DNA from: Calcarisporiella thermophila CBS 279.70
Taxonomy: Eukaryota; Fungi; Calcarisporiellomycota
Length of the DNA: 64,000 nucleotides
Direction: 5' to 3'
Assembly (NCBI RefSeq): GCF_041956535.1
Contig: NW_027192193.1
Span: 636,235 to 700,234, forward strand
The position numbers and the translations under genes are program-made. Of the stretch, positions 44,408 through 58,195 are shown one piece after another (within the stretch, counting starts at the first letter, position 1; every line of letters begins with the position of its first letter). Under the pieces are notes generated by a model, which was not told the origin of the DNA, ran no database searches, and worked only from the letters and a program-made list of their open reading frames with translations.

Positions 44408-46539
44408 TCACTTGTTTGTATTTGCAATAATGGTTTCGACATCAGTGACTTTTTTCTCAAGCTCTTTCGCATCTCTATATAAAACAACGAGATCGGAAGG
44501 AAGTCCTTGTGAAGCCTTGCGCACACGTTCTTCCAAAAATGTGGGGACACATGCTGCGGGAGGCGAAGGTGAAGGCATAGAACCTGTTTTACGTAGAGAC
44601 TTCTGCGATAAGGAAGACGTCGTAACAGGTCTCTGGTTGTCCTCTGCATGTGGTTCCTCAGAGATCTCCTTTTCTGAAAACACAGGATCTGCTTCGCTTG
44701 ATTTTGAATTGAAAAATGGAAGTGAAAGGGCCCTCCCGGAGAAAGTAGGACGCGCAGCAATTGTGTTCTTTGTATGGGGAGTAGTCACATCTCGAATGAA
44801 TATTTTAAGCACCTGGTTTGGATATTTCTTAGCGATGCGAGTATAGCTACGAAGAAATCAATGTTCATATTATCAATAGTAATGATTAAAAAGAACAAAG
44901 GACTTACATCTCCAAGTCTACCTCACCGCTGTCCCCTATGAGTATAAATTTACGACCAGGAAAGTCGCTCATAATTTTACTAATTAGCTGCAACTTGGCA
45001 TCTCCTCTGCCCTTCCACATTGAGTTCACGACATCATTAATGAATCGCAAGTGTGCAGATCCAGGGGGGAATCGGTATGTCTGGAAGAAGCGACGCAGCA
45101 TTGGGAAGAGTTGCCAAGGAGAATTGGACACATAGTGAAAGGCGACCCCTTTATCATACTAAAAGGATACGATTTAGTGTAAGTTAATAAAATATTAACT
45201 ATTCCAACATACCCAACGTCGATAAATATCAGCCATTCCAGGTACCTCTTTGGGTGGCTCTAAAAAGGTATTGTTAAAAGCGACTCGAGCACCAGCAAGA
45301 ATCTGGGTATCTTTAATGGTATCATCAATATCCTAATAAAATAAAATAATAAATATTTCATAAGCAATATAAGGATTATTTAACACCATACACATACTGA
45401 TATCACTGAAATTCCTTCCGGCTCAATGAGATTTACGACACCCCACACGGGATCTACAGTAAATAAGAGCTAATTGAGGCGCTTTATAGGGATTATATAC
45501 CGGATATTATATTTACTTTCACTGCCAAGTTCACCAGGATGATGGGCCTGTAGTTTAATTAAACGAGCATCCCGAGCACTTGCTAATCCTTCCATCTTTG
45601 CCCATTCTTCTACGAGCTTTGGTGAAACTTGCAGTTCCGCCTGGAAATGTCCAGTTTCCTCTGACTGACAAGCAAGAGACAATGTACTCTCTCCACTGGT
45701 AAAAGACGCAGAGCTGAGCGATGTATCAGATTCACCGGATCCCTCGTCTGTAGAATCGGTCTCACTTAAGTGCTCTAATTCTTCCTTAAAAAGCGCGGTC
45801 AAGTCACTGCCGATATCATTCTCATCGGGTGCATCTCCAAGGGGCTGAGATTGCATAATGAAAGCGTCTTTAAGTTTAGAATCCTCGGTGAAATTTTCGC
45901 ATGTCGAAAAGTGTTTGACTTCTTCCGAATCAAATAGCGTGGCACTAGAATGTCCGCTTTCTTCTGGATCTCCATCAAGTTCCAAGTGGTCGGCCTCACT
46001 TAAACCTGTAACTCCGACAATGAGTTGCCGCTTGCGAAGGCTCTTTACCATAAACATACTGAAACAAGACTTGAGCATTTCGTCCATTTCTGAGTGCTTG
46101 GTTACGCCAGCCCATCTTCTAACTGCCTCTGTAATAAAAAAAAAGCAATTAGGAATAATTGTGTTTAAAGGACCGAGCAATTGCGGGAAACCAACTCAAA
46201 ACAAGCTTATTCGTGCGATTAGTTTTTTGACTATAAGTCCAGCCACGTACACGTATAGCCCAGGATGCTTCCGATGATGACTTTGAATTAGCTTAATAAA
46301 TTAGAATTAAGTTAGCTGCTGAAATGCTGAATTGTTGTTTTAAGCTAAACAAGACCAGCGCTAAAGCATTCAAAAAAAACCTACTTACAATTTATTTTTC
46401 TCGCGTAGGTTGGAAAAAGCATATAAGACTCAAGCGAAGAAGTGGCAGACATGAACAGAGCGTCCGTCAAATGAGTCTGCGGATTGGATGGAGGCATGGA
46501 CATGGCCCGCATCTTTGTAGAGGATAATCCGGCTGACAT
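44408..46539 (-). CDS. APP1-like phosphatidate phosphatase (HAD-like)
   Basis: LFPTYAR, GISVISDIDDTIK, FHYVSNSPWQL, FILIGDSGEVDLE, IFIRDV. Confidence 0.88.
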
Positions 46540-47050
46540 AGGTGTTTGTATTTTTGATGAAAGAGGAGAAAATATTGGGGGTATTTATCAAGTGAGAGAT
46601 TTCTTGTCTCAGGATCTAAACCTTAATCAGAGACCCAATGAAGACAGTTGCATAATTACCGCTATTAGTAAAAAAAACATAAGAAAATTATCTTAGAAAA
46701 CTAGCACGGTTTGTTGCTAGAAAACGCGCCTCTAATTCCTAGCCTCCTAATAGATGCGGCTCGCACAGCTGCCAAGGTTAATAATATATTAACTATTGTA
46801 TATTGAGTGAAAATCACCTTTTGAATTCGCACAACTTGATGTCCACAGACATCTGAATGCGACTCTCTCCGTGGTCTCGCGAGATTTTCCTCCTTAAATC
46901 TGAGGGTAGAGACGGAAAGAACAGGGTAGAAGCCGGAAAGATTAAAATGTTTAAGCAAATTATGTTCCGGCCATTTCTCATCAACTTAGAGTCTCTTTTC
47001 TGCATATCAATTTTTACAATAATTCAGAACTTTATTACTATTATCAATTA

Positions 47051-48034
<984 letters not shown>

Positions 48035-48488
48035 TTTATATAATAAACTATTTGAGGATAGAAAATCTATATTGCCAAATTGATTTGTTATCAATTAAAA
48101 TTTTGTTGTATATCATTTGAAATTTTATCAAATAATATTTCAAAAAATTTTTCGAAATTGTTTAATATTCAAAATTTTTTTAGAAATTTTTGAAATTTTT
48201 GAATATTTTTGTTTTATTGTTTTAAATTTTTGAAATATATACATAATATTTTTAGAATTGACATACTTTATTATAATTGATAGGCTTTGTACTTATAACC
48301 TACTTACAATCAATAATTTTGATTGTAAATTGATTATAACGAAATATAATATACTTCGTAATATAAAATCGATTGAAGGATGCAGAATTAGATATTACTT
48401 TTAAATTTATCGACTATTATACTCTAAATAATCACTGTGCTTTTAATCGTATATTCTATAAGAAACTATTTTATTTCATACAACACAA

Positions 48489-49048
48489 TTATTTGAGAGT
48501 TGCAAAAACCTTGGGGGCAGCCTAAAAAAATTGCGTTTAGAGCATCATCTAATAAAACCAATAGAAATATGATAACTTACGCAATGATCCACGCAATGCC
48601 TGCAATAAAATTTAGAAAGTTAGACTAGAATTTTATATTGCAATTGAAAAGTTGACTTACATTAGATGGAAAAATTCTTCGACACAATTTTCATCACTTC
48701 CACTTTCAACTCGACGTGCGCATTCTTCAAGATGATGTTTTGCTGGGCTGCACGCAGATGAATTTTCGCAGTCTAGTATAGGTAACATATGTAATCAAAT
48801 GCAAAGAAAATATGTACAAAATAAAAGAAACAAGGTATAATTTGATGGATTTCTAGAGTACTTAAATCTGTATATAGCAGCTATAATAAAGAAAAAAAAA
48901 TACCTTCTCTAATTTGGGGTGCAAGATCTTCTGGTTCCTCAGCTTCTGGCTCTTCTGTTTGTTCTTCTTCATGAACTTCCTCCTCTTTCTCTTCAGCATA
49001 CACGGAAGGTATGAGATCTTCAAAGAAGTTTTTGAGTAGTTGCGACAT
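48489..49048 (-). CDS. QCR6: Cytochrome bc1 complex hinge protein; 4 exons including a 19-nt exon
   Basis: Acidic N-terminus; ECARRV, NCVEEFFHLMHCVDHCAAPKVF; small exon 48581-48599. Confidence 0.93.
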
Positions 49049-49222
49049 ATTTGAATTCGAGGTGTATATTCGATTTCTCAAGACGATTAACTTCTATCGA
49101 AAAATAAACTGAAGATATAACGAGCTCGAAATTTTGTTTACACAGGGGTCGAAAAATTTACGGGGATACAATTTCCTATGAATGATATTAATATCTCTAT
49201 TTAATTCAGATAATTTTTTAAA

Positions 49223-50198
49223 ATGGGCACATCATGTCCTCAAGCGTGCGGTGCAAATCCACATTTGTTAGCTCTAAAGATGGAACTAAGATAGAGACAA
49301 AAGTATATCTTAATCCCAATTTAGATAACAAAACTACAGCTGCTATTATTTCCCATCCTTATGGTCCGCTAGGTAATTTCTACAATCGTTATTAAGAAGC
49401 AACGATTTAGCAATTTAACGGAAAAACTTGAATTGTAGGCGGTAATATGCAAAATAATGTAGTCTCTGCACTCGTCAGAAATTTTTGTGCTCGCAGTTTT
49501 GTAACCGTTTGCTTCAATTTTCGGTAACCATGTTATACTCATTTTATATTTAATATGTTTTTCAACTATTTGTAATTCTCTTGGAATATAGTGGCTGTGG
49601 TAATTCAGGAGGCAGAACATCCTGGACAGGTCGCCCAGAATGTGAAGATTATAATGCAGTAGTTAACTATATTGTTAACGGAGAACTGAAGAACGTTTAT
49701 AGTAGTGTCGGCCCAAATATAAATATTAAACGCTTGATTATTTGTGTAAGCACAAATTCTACCCGTCCATATAAAATCTTAAGCGATCCCATATGTTTAT
49801 TATGTAAAATTAATAATTAATAGGGTTATTCCTATGGGGCCATGATCGCAAGCAGCATACTTCCAGAGCTCTATCCAAACATCCATTGTTCTTACGTATT
49901 TATTAGTTATCCCGTAAGCGTTACCTGGTTCCTGTCCGCATTCAGGACGAAATATTTCCACGAATGTCTGGTAAAACTAGAGCGAACCAGCGTGACGCCA
50001 ACATCCTGCAATGAAGCTTCTCCTCCGAAAATACTTGTGATCTCCGGTGACATGGATATATTCTCGCGTACTATGCTTAACTTAAATGCTCGACCTAATC
50101 AGGTAGAATTTAAACAATTTCACGGAGCCGATCACTTCTGGTTTGGAAAGGAAACCGAGATTATTATTGCTTTAAATGAGTGGCTAGATGGGATTTAA
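49223..50198 (+). CDS. Alpha/beta hydrolase (bacterial-like HPxxxxGG subfamily)
   Basis: HPYGPLGGNMQN, FNFRG, nucleophile GYSYG, ISGDMD, GADHFW. Confidence 0.85.
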
Positions 50199-50409
50199 CT
50201 AGATATAAATCAAAATTGGCCCTTGTCATATATTACAATTTCCCTTTGTTTAAAAACACAAACTGATATCATAAATCCATGAACAAGCAGACTTTATAAT
50301 AGCTGACATGTTCTTAGAAATCCTTATGCTGAGTATTTATCGTCAGCTAATTAAAAATTTTTAATTATTGAAAGAATTTTTAATTTTTAATTTTACTCTC
50401 AAGTTGACT

Positions 50410-50856
50410 ATGATAAGAAATATTACATTAACATTGTTTTCATCAAAGAATTGCAGTTTATGCGTCCCCGTTTTAGAAACTCTAAGAAAGCTACAAACTC
50501 AAGTAAGTACTTCGATTTTACAATTCTCCTATATTTCGAACTAGAATTGTTCAAATACACAATTAGATCCCATTCCAATTAAAAGTTCAGGATATATATG
50601 CAAAAGGTATTAGACGTAGTTAGTAAGTATATTAATAAATACATTATATTGATAGAGCTTTTCATCAATTAGATTGCCCTCGCGCTCTCCGACGTAAATA
50701 CAAAACCGAAATTCCTGTAGTGCACATAGATCAACATTATGTTCTTCGACATAGAATTAGAGATGAAGGTGAATTTTTACAGGTCTTACAGGTAATCATA
50801 TTCGACTGAATAATATAGCTTTAACCATCTTAACTAAATAGTCCTCGAATTTGTAA
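50410..50856 (+). CDS. Glutaredoxin-like protein (DUF836-type), about 90 aa, 4 exons; absent from the ORF track
   Basis: MIRNITLTLFSSKNCSLCVPVLETLRKLQTQ|IPFQLKVQDIYAK|DCPRALRRKYKTEIPVVHIDQHYVLRHRI...; CxxC and IPV cis-Pro motifs; three GT-AG introns. Confidence 0.85.
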
Positions 50857-51538
50857 TAGGATTACATTAAGAATGGGAAGATCGAGCCAATAAACTAAAT
50901 GTATAATTCATTATTTTTCTGGAGAACAAAACACGGACACATAGATAAAAGGAATAATAATTTGGTAGAGGCACTATATAATTTGATCATTGTTAATCGA
51001 AAGAGAGCATTTTTTTCCGAGCTAAATGTCTCTTTTTTCAAACAACTACTCTTTCTACTTAGCCTATAATACTGCTAAGAAAACTAGATATTTAGTTAAT
51101 GTTGGAAATCACGTATTATATTGTAATTGATTCAATTATATCATGAATATAATGAGTTGCTCATTGGCTAAAGTCTATAATGAATATAAGCATTGAAACC
51201 CACGACTCTTTGGCGGTCATACACATCTCTACCTTATCCTTTGCATATATCGCAAATTTCAATCGAGTATATTGGCAGTAACTAGTTGACAAGGTATGTT
51301 GCAAATTCATTTGACGGGCGATATACGGTATCTAAGTATACAGCTACTTTTTTATAGTGGTTTAATGGAGAGACGAGATAAAAATGATAGCTTATTATGC
51401 TAAGTGACATGATAAAATAGATAGGAGCAAGACTATGGCTAAGATCTCATATGTGACAGTGAAAATACTAGTATAAATCAAGAGGCCTATTCATTTTTAC
51501 TGGATTTCCATATTTGGCTTTAATCCTTATAAATAAAT

Positions 51539-52183
51539 ATGAACGAGAGCGAAAGATGGTGTACTGAAGCATTGAAAAAGGTTCTCGAATCACCACGCGT
51601 AATTGTTCTGCTTCGCTCGATATATCATACGCGATCACGAGATCTTATTCGTGGAGTAACATGTAGAAGTTGCTCTGGAACTTTACAAGCAAACAAACTA
51701 GGGTGATAAAATTCGATTAGGCTAATAACTTGGATTTAACTAATTTGAAAAAGTAGATACTATTGTCCCGAATTTAAGAGAATTGTCATTTGTTCTGAGC
51801 ATCATATGCCTGATGATAGCAACAGATCTTTAGATATTGATGCAGCCGCTAATAAGTTGGAGGATACCGTTGTTCACGAACTAGTTCATGCGTATGATGC
51901 TAATCGTTTTAAACACAGAATGCCATTTCATACAGCTACTGCTTGTTCTGAAATACGTGCGAGCAACCTAGGGCAGTGCTCACGTCTTCCGTCCAGGGAG
52001 AAAGAATATTGTGTTATTAATGATTCGGTAATCACGATAATTTTTACGCGAAATCATGATTTATTTATACTTTTAATCATATAGATTGCTTCGCTCAGCA
52101 ATATCGTTGGTGAGAGAGAAGCAGCCAGATTAGTACGGCAGATGTTTGCAAAGTGCTTTAAGGATAAGTCGCCGTTTCTCTGA
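51539..52183 (+). CDS. Atp23-like metallopeptidase (M76), divergent
   Basis: LEDTVVHELVHAYD (HExxH), ACSEIRASNL, IVICS, C-terminal CFKDKSPF; two introns. Confidence 0.82.
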
Positions 52184-52424
52184 TAAATCCGATACCTTTA
52201 AATTTTGCTGAAGTTAATTCATACTTATATATTTAGAAATAAATTGAATCTATGTAATTAGTGAATGTAAAGGAATAAACAATATTGCTAATACATTCAA
52301 TAGGAGACGCTTAAATAATAAATAACGCGGCTACATATCCTATTTAACTAATATATATCGTACTATCAGAGTTAAATTATATTCAAAACCACAGAGGCGA
52401 GAGAATTATAAGTCTTTGTCCGAA

Positions 52425-53625
52425 TCAGTTATCTGAAAGCACATTTCTACTCTCAGCTTTGGTAAAGTGAGCCGCTAATTCCTCTACGTATCGGTCTAGA
52501 TGTACTTGATGAATCATATGGCCACAACCTTTAAAGATTTGTAGACGTCCACGCAGCCGACGCGCAAGAAGCTCACCATACCTAAAATAATGTTAATAAG
52601 GTTTGAGGATAGAATGATGTATCAAGGATCACTTACCAGTTCTGAACAAGTACATCTTTATTACCTACTAACACAAGCACAGGAATCTTCTGCTCCACAA
52701 TGTGTTTGGATTGCTTTTTAGGCAGATAATGTAAGAATATGCCTAACATTTGCTGAATGTTTCCGATAAGGGATTGTTTTCCTGACGTATTATAAATGTC
52801 TAGGTAAAATTTATTTAACTCCTCACGCTATCATATTTTTAAAGATTTAGTAGAGAGACACCATAAGAGAGGTAATGATAATTTACCTTGGTGGTGAATT
52901 GAAGATCATCAGAGCTGGTACTAAGAAACTCCTTAGCAAAAAAAAGTCGCACGACACGCGAAGCGCGAGTTTTATATGTAAGTGCAAGGCCAGCCAGTGG
53001 TACACCAAACATAAAGCGCATCTATTTGAGCAACTAATCGTTATTTCTCTGTTTACTACGTACAAGAATAATATGCATTCACCGTTGGCGGAAAATAGCG
53101 GCCAGCTGATGTAGAATCTAAAGTAACTGAAGCAAAATAGTTGGGTTTAAGTGCAACCATCCATTGGGCTATCATGCCACCCAAATTATGCCCAACTAGA
53201 TGAATGTCTCCTGTCCATCCAACTTTCTCCAGCACAGCAATTGCATCCTTGGCCATACCCTTTACTGAATAGTAAAGCCTGATTGGGATGTCTACAATCA
53301 AAGTTAATTATTTGATTTTGTATATACTATTACTACTTCTTACCAGAATGACCAACGCCTCGATTATCGATAATAAGTATCGAATATTCCTCTTTAGCCA
53401 GAAATTTACGAAGCAAGTAATACCAAGAACGACCGGGAAGGCCTAAACCTGGATTAAAAAATGTCGATTTCGATTAATTCTATCACTAAGGCGAGTGTGT
53501 AAAATATTATTACCTGACAGTAAGCACAGATGTCTTGAACCACTCCCATGGATTTCATAGTGAATTTTCACTTTATTATTGATCGCATAGCCTTCTTGAA
53601 AATTTTCAAATCGTTCCAACACCAT
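52425..53625 (-). CDS. Alpha/beta hydrolase-fold protein with Asn at the nucleophile position
   Basis: IHYEIHGSG, IDNRGVGHSD, HLVGHNLGGMIA, VGNKD, GCGHM. Confidence 0.8.
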
Positions 53626-54096
53626 TTTCAACACTTTAGTTTGTGGGGATTACTGGAAAGAGGTGAGAAAATGCGGAGATTGAGCATGAATAACTTTATT
53701 TGAACAATTTATTGTTCGGCATGTGAATTTCTCGCTCGCATGAACTAATTATTCCTGTACTATATTGAGAACAACTCACAGATTTATAAAACATTGCTGA
53801 GCTTTGAACCGATTTTAAATGAGGTTTCAGCCCAAGTAGTGATTATACTCATTAATAAGAACTTTTTAATTCATCTCAAAATTCTGCAACTATCTAAAAC
53901 TCTAGTTTTCTATGGTTACAATCGATACGAGAACTGAGGGATTACTATTAACTTGACCACCTGGCTAGCAAAATTTCCATTTCAACAAAATTCATCCGTT
54001 TTGCTGAATATTAATTTGAAGAGTCAATTTAATGAAGATTATAGTGAATCCTAAAACTAATATTATATTGAGAATATGAAATGTATTGCTTTAATT

Positions 54097-54966
54097 TTAT
54101 GCTCGTCTTCGTCTTCCAGGTTTGCGGCCTCTGGTAGCAGGAGTTGGTGTAGCAGATGTTCGTCCTCTGGTTCGTTTATTTGAAGATGTTTTACTAGCTG
54201 TGCTAGTATTCGATGTTGTGGCAGCGCGACGACGACCCCGTTTCGCTGGGGGAGGTGTGGCTATATACATTCATGTTATTTTTATACCGATAAGGATATA
54301 TGCTGTCTATATTACCCTCAGCTTCTTCCTCTTCCTCCTCTTCCTCCTCTTCCTCCTCTTCCTCTTCCTCTTCCTCTTCCTCTTTTTCCTCGGGTGCTAT
54401 TGATGAATTGGGAGAATCTTCGCGACGACTAGCTCCAGATCTTGTACGTGGAGCATTAAGAGAAGGAGTCGGAGAGGGAGAATTAGATCGCGAAGTATCA
54501 GCTTTGCGGTGTTCTGCAATAATATGCTCATATTCATCTTGAGGGAGCAAAAATTCTTGAACAGGTTCACGTAGTTTTTTGAACTTTTCCTCTTCCTCAA
54601 GACCATCTTCTGAGTCCGATTCCTGCAAAAGGAGATGTATATTAATTTAAGATAGAGAATTAGTTCAAAATTACCATCTATTACCATCGATTCTAAAATT
54701 TGTAAATCGTACAGATTGTCTAGTTTGCTCCAAAGTTCTTTAGGCAAATAGGAATCATCGGTACGGCCGGAATTTAGAAATCTACATATATTTATCATAC
54801 GAAAATGCTTATGAATGCCTTAAAAAAAATTAGGTTAGATAATGATAAAAGATGTTCACTATGATAACGCACCAATCGGTCTGCATTTACTAATGGCATT
54901 GAAAAAATTTATCTCCATCTGTGATGTCCATTCCCGTTGTTTAATTTCCATTGCTGTTGACTCCAT
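54097..54966 (-). CDS. EAF7: NuA4 subunit Eaf7 / MRGBP
   Basis: WTSQMEINFF, RPIGIHKHFRM, LWSKLDNLYDL, EFLLP; acidic and basic tail. Confidence 0.88.
54322..54390 (-). repeat. (GAG/GAA)n trinucleotide repeat encoding poly-Glu in Eaf7
   Basis: cttcttcctcttcctcctcttcc... run on the plus strand. Confidence 0.85.
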
Positions 54967-55311
54967 TCAAAATCAATCCAATTTAGTTCAGGAATATATT
55001 CAGCACAATATACTACTAGGTCAAGATTTTTTTTGTGACTGCATTTTATGAAAATTTTCAAAGCCACATCTCATTTATAAAAGTTTCAATAGATCCAATA
55101 TTTTTGGCATTTGATATAGATAGTCGCTAAGTTTGAAGGTAAAAAAAAATGACGAAATGATCTTCATTTATTCACTTTACGTGCAAGCGTAAATATTTCA
55201 AATAATTCAAGCAAGAGAAAAATAGAATAAACATGTAAATAGAGCTGTTCGTCCAAATGGCAATAGAAATATAATAAAGAAATAAGCATTCCAATATTCA
55301 ACATATCCAAA

Positions 55312-56414
55312 TTAACGATTCATTACTACGAGCTCTAAGAACTGCTCATAATTAATCTGTACCCAGCCTAAAAGTAGAAAAATTTGAAATAAATACTAGT
55401 AAAAATTTAAACAAATGAAAGAGCAGACACTTTCCATCATTGTCTGTATCGAACCTTCGGAAAGCATCGGTAAGCGTTTTCACTGTTACGCATGCCTAGA
55501 TATTTACTCTAATTAAAAAAGGAAAAATTGGTATATTAAGAAAAGAATTAGACTTGCCTGTACAAATGAATCAAAAGTGACATCCTGAGTCCCATATTTG
55601 TCATATTTCTTAATCAATAGCCCAATAAAGTTGTCTGATAAGCTAAAGACAGTCAAGATATTGTCAATACTTTTCGCATAATAGTAAAAAAAAACACACT
55701 CACTTGTATCCGAATGTTCGAAGTGCATTCTTAAGTTCATGAAAGTTGATTGTGCCACTTCCATCCGCGTCAAATGTAGAAAATATTCGGCGCCACTCCT
55801 CAATATATCTCCAGAGACCAGCAAATTCTTGGAAGTTTATCGTACCCTAAAGTCCAAAATTAGAATAAAATATATAGAACATCATTTTTTCACTTACTGA
55901 ATTATCAGTATCGAACATATTGACCATCATTCTACATGTCTCGTAATTAAATGGTGACCAATCGCCTAAACTTCTACTTAGTATTAAAGGTGCATCAAAT
56001 TATAATAATAATATATTGACCATTAATAAGGGCTCGCTGTAGTTCTTCAACGGTTAGAAATCCGCTGCGATCCGTATCAACTGCTTGAAACCAATACCAT
56101 AGTTGTGGATCTGCGTTTTGTGGAGCATGTTGAGCACTTGTTGGTGGCGGAGGTCGTCCTGACATTGAAAACAGCATTTATTAAAATTATGCAGAACCAT
56201 TGTTCAAAGATCTAAATTTTCTCTCGTAATTCACGCGTTTCACCAAAATATGTTCACTTTAGTACTCACCATACTGTGGCGCCGGTGTATTATATCCATA
56301 TTGTTGCTGAGGTGGAGGTTGTTGGCCGTATCCACTATTATATCCTACTTGGGGTTGTGCTTGATTATACGGGGGTCTTCCATAATTCTGTGAAGGTGTA
56401 CCGTAGAATGACAT
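55312..56414 (-). CDS. Penta-EF-hand protein (peflin / ALG-2 family)
   Basis: Gly/Pro/Gln/Tyr-rich N-terminus; WFQAVDTDRSG, NGDWSPFN, FDADGSG, FDTDNDG...INYEQFL. Confidence 0.92.
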
Positions 56415-56599
56415 AATATGAGCTGAATTAGTGACGACAAAAGAAAAAACCAAGAGAAATATCGCGCTCTGAACACTTTCTAAAAAAAATGACGACAGCC
56501 AAGCAGCGCAGCTGACTTATTTTGAATGACTGCGCCTCTAATAATAATTAATTATACAGTCATATATGATATTAAAAACTTTGTAATTAGAAGTAGAAA

Positions 56600-57539
56600 A
56601 TGGGAAAACTGAAAAGCGCACTCTCAAACTTGATAAAGCAGCGGAAATCAAATGTACATAGTGGCCATACACGTTGCGAATCGCAGCCTCGAGTAGTAAA
56701 AAAGAGAAAAAGATCAGCTTTGAATGAGTGCCCATATGTCCCCGGTGAACGCATTCTTCTAGTTGGAGAAGGAAACTTTTCATTTGCACTCTCAATATGC
56801 CAATTCTATTCAGAACCTTCAGACCTTTCGCGGATCATTGCAACTGCCTTGGATAATGAAAAGACATGCTATGAAAAATATCCTGACGCTCGCGAAAATA
56901 TTGAGAGATTGCGCCAAAAAGGAGTATGCGTAATGTTTGAGGTGGACGCAACACGTCTCGCATCTTATAAGAGTCTAAGAGGCAAAACGTTCCATAAAAT
57001 TATATTCAACTTCCCTCATGCTGGTAAATTCTTAATTAGTTAGTATTAGTGTTGATAGTTAAATGTATCTATAAATAGGTGCTGGCATAAAAGATCAAGA
57101 CCGAAATATTCTGATCAATCAAAAGTTAATATCTGGATTCTTCAGTTCGGCAACGCCTTTTTTAGCACAAAAATTCGAAGAAAATGGTGAAAACAGTTTG
57201 GAATATTCAGATGAAGAAGACAGGCAATATAGTGAGCGTCGAAATTATGTTAAGAATTTGAACAGAAATGGCGAAATTTTGATAACAATTAAATCAGGAT
57301 CGCCTTACGATCTCTGGAATATTCGCCGTCTTGCCAAGGCAACAGGAGAGCTAGTCTGTCGTACAAGTTTTTTATTTATTCCTGAAGATTTTCCCGGATA
57401 TCAACATCGAAGGACTCTTGGATATAAGGAGGGAGTAAGCAAAAATTCCAATATTGAAATTGTGCAGAAAGAGCCTCGTACATATATATTTGTGCGAAAA
57501 TCCGCAACCGAGGATGAAATCCCTAAAAAAGAAAAATAG
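56600..57539 (+). CDS. BMT5: 25S rRNA uridine-N3 methyltransferase (DUF2431)
   Basis: ILLVGEGNFSFA, VDAT, IIFNFPHAG, DQDRNI, PYDLWNI, FPGYQHRRT. Confidence 0.9.
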
Positions 57540-58195
57540 GAGAACGACAGAAGACGAAGATGATTAATTAGTTGTTTGGATATTTCTTAATACAGTATAT
57601 ATTAATAAGAACAACTGTGCCTTAGCAGATAATGTGTAAAAAACTATTAAACGAGTTATCATAAAACTTTCGCTGAATTGAATAGGTCATAGCATGCGAT
57701 ACTGTTTTTTTTGGAGTTATTCATTATTAGTAGTTTTATTTATTATATTATATACTATATATAGATAATATAAGGATCAGAGAATGAATGATTTCCATTC
57801 GGATGGATTTAGAGAGCAATTCTATAATAAAAATACTGATTATTTCGTCCCATATCACTACAGAATATGCCAGTATTTAGTAATGTTGGATATTTTTTAT
57901 ACTATTTTAATCCTTTCCGAGTTATATTCGATATTTTGTGACAATCACAAAATTAACAGAAGTATCGAACCTGACTCTATTACCTTTATTATATTATATA
58001 TTTTGGTTATGTATATATAAATTTTGAAGAAAGATAAGACTCGCAAATTAATAATTAAACTCTATTGGATACCAATAACCACGGCCAGAAGTTTGACTGC
58101 TAATTAGAGTGTAAATATACTAAGCCGCAAGGACTGTCTTTATTTTTACAGGCATAGTCTCTTCCAAGTGAATTGTGTTTATCGCTAGCTAGATC

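Noticed and set aside
57955-57985. GGTTCGATAC T-loop-like motif on the - strand
   Set aside because: No cloverleaf or D-arm in the AT-rich flanks.
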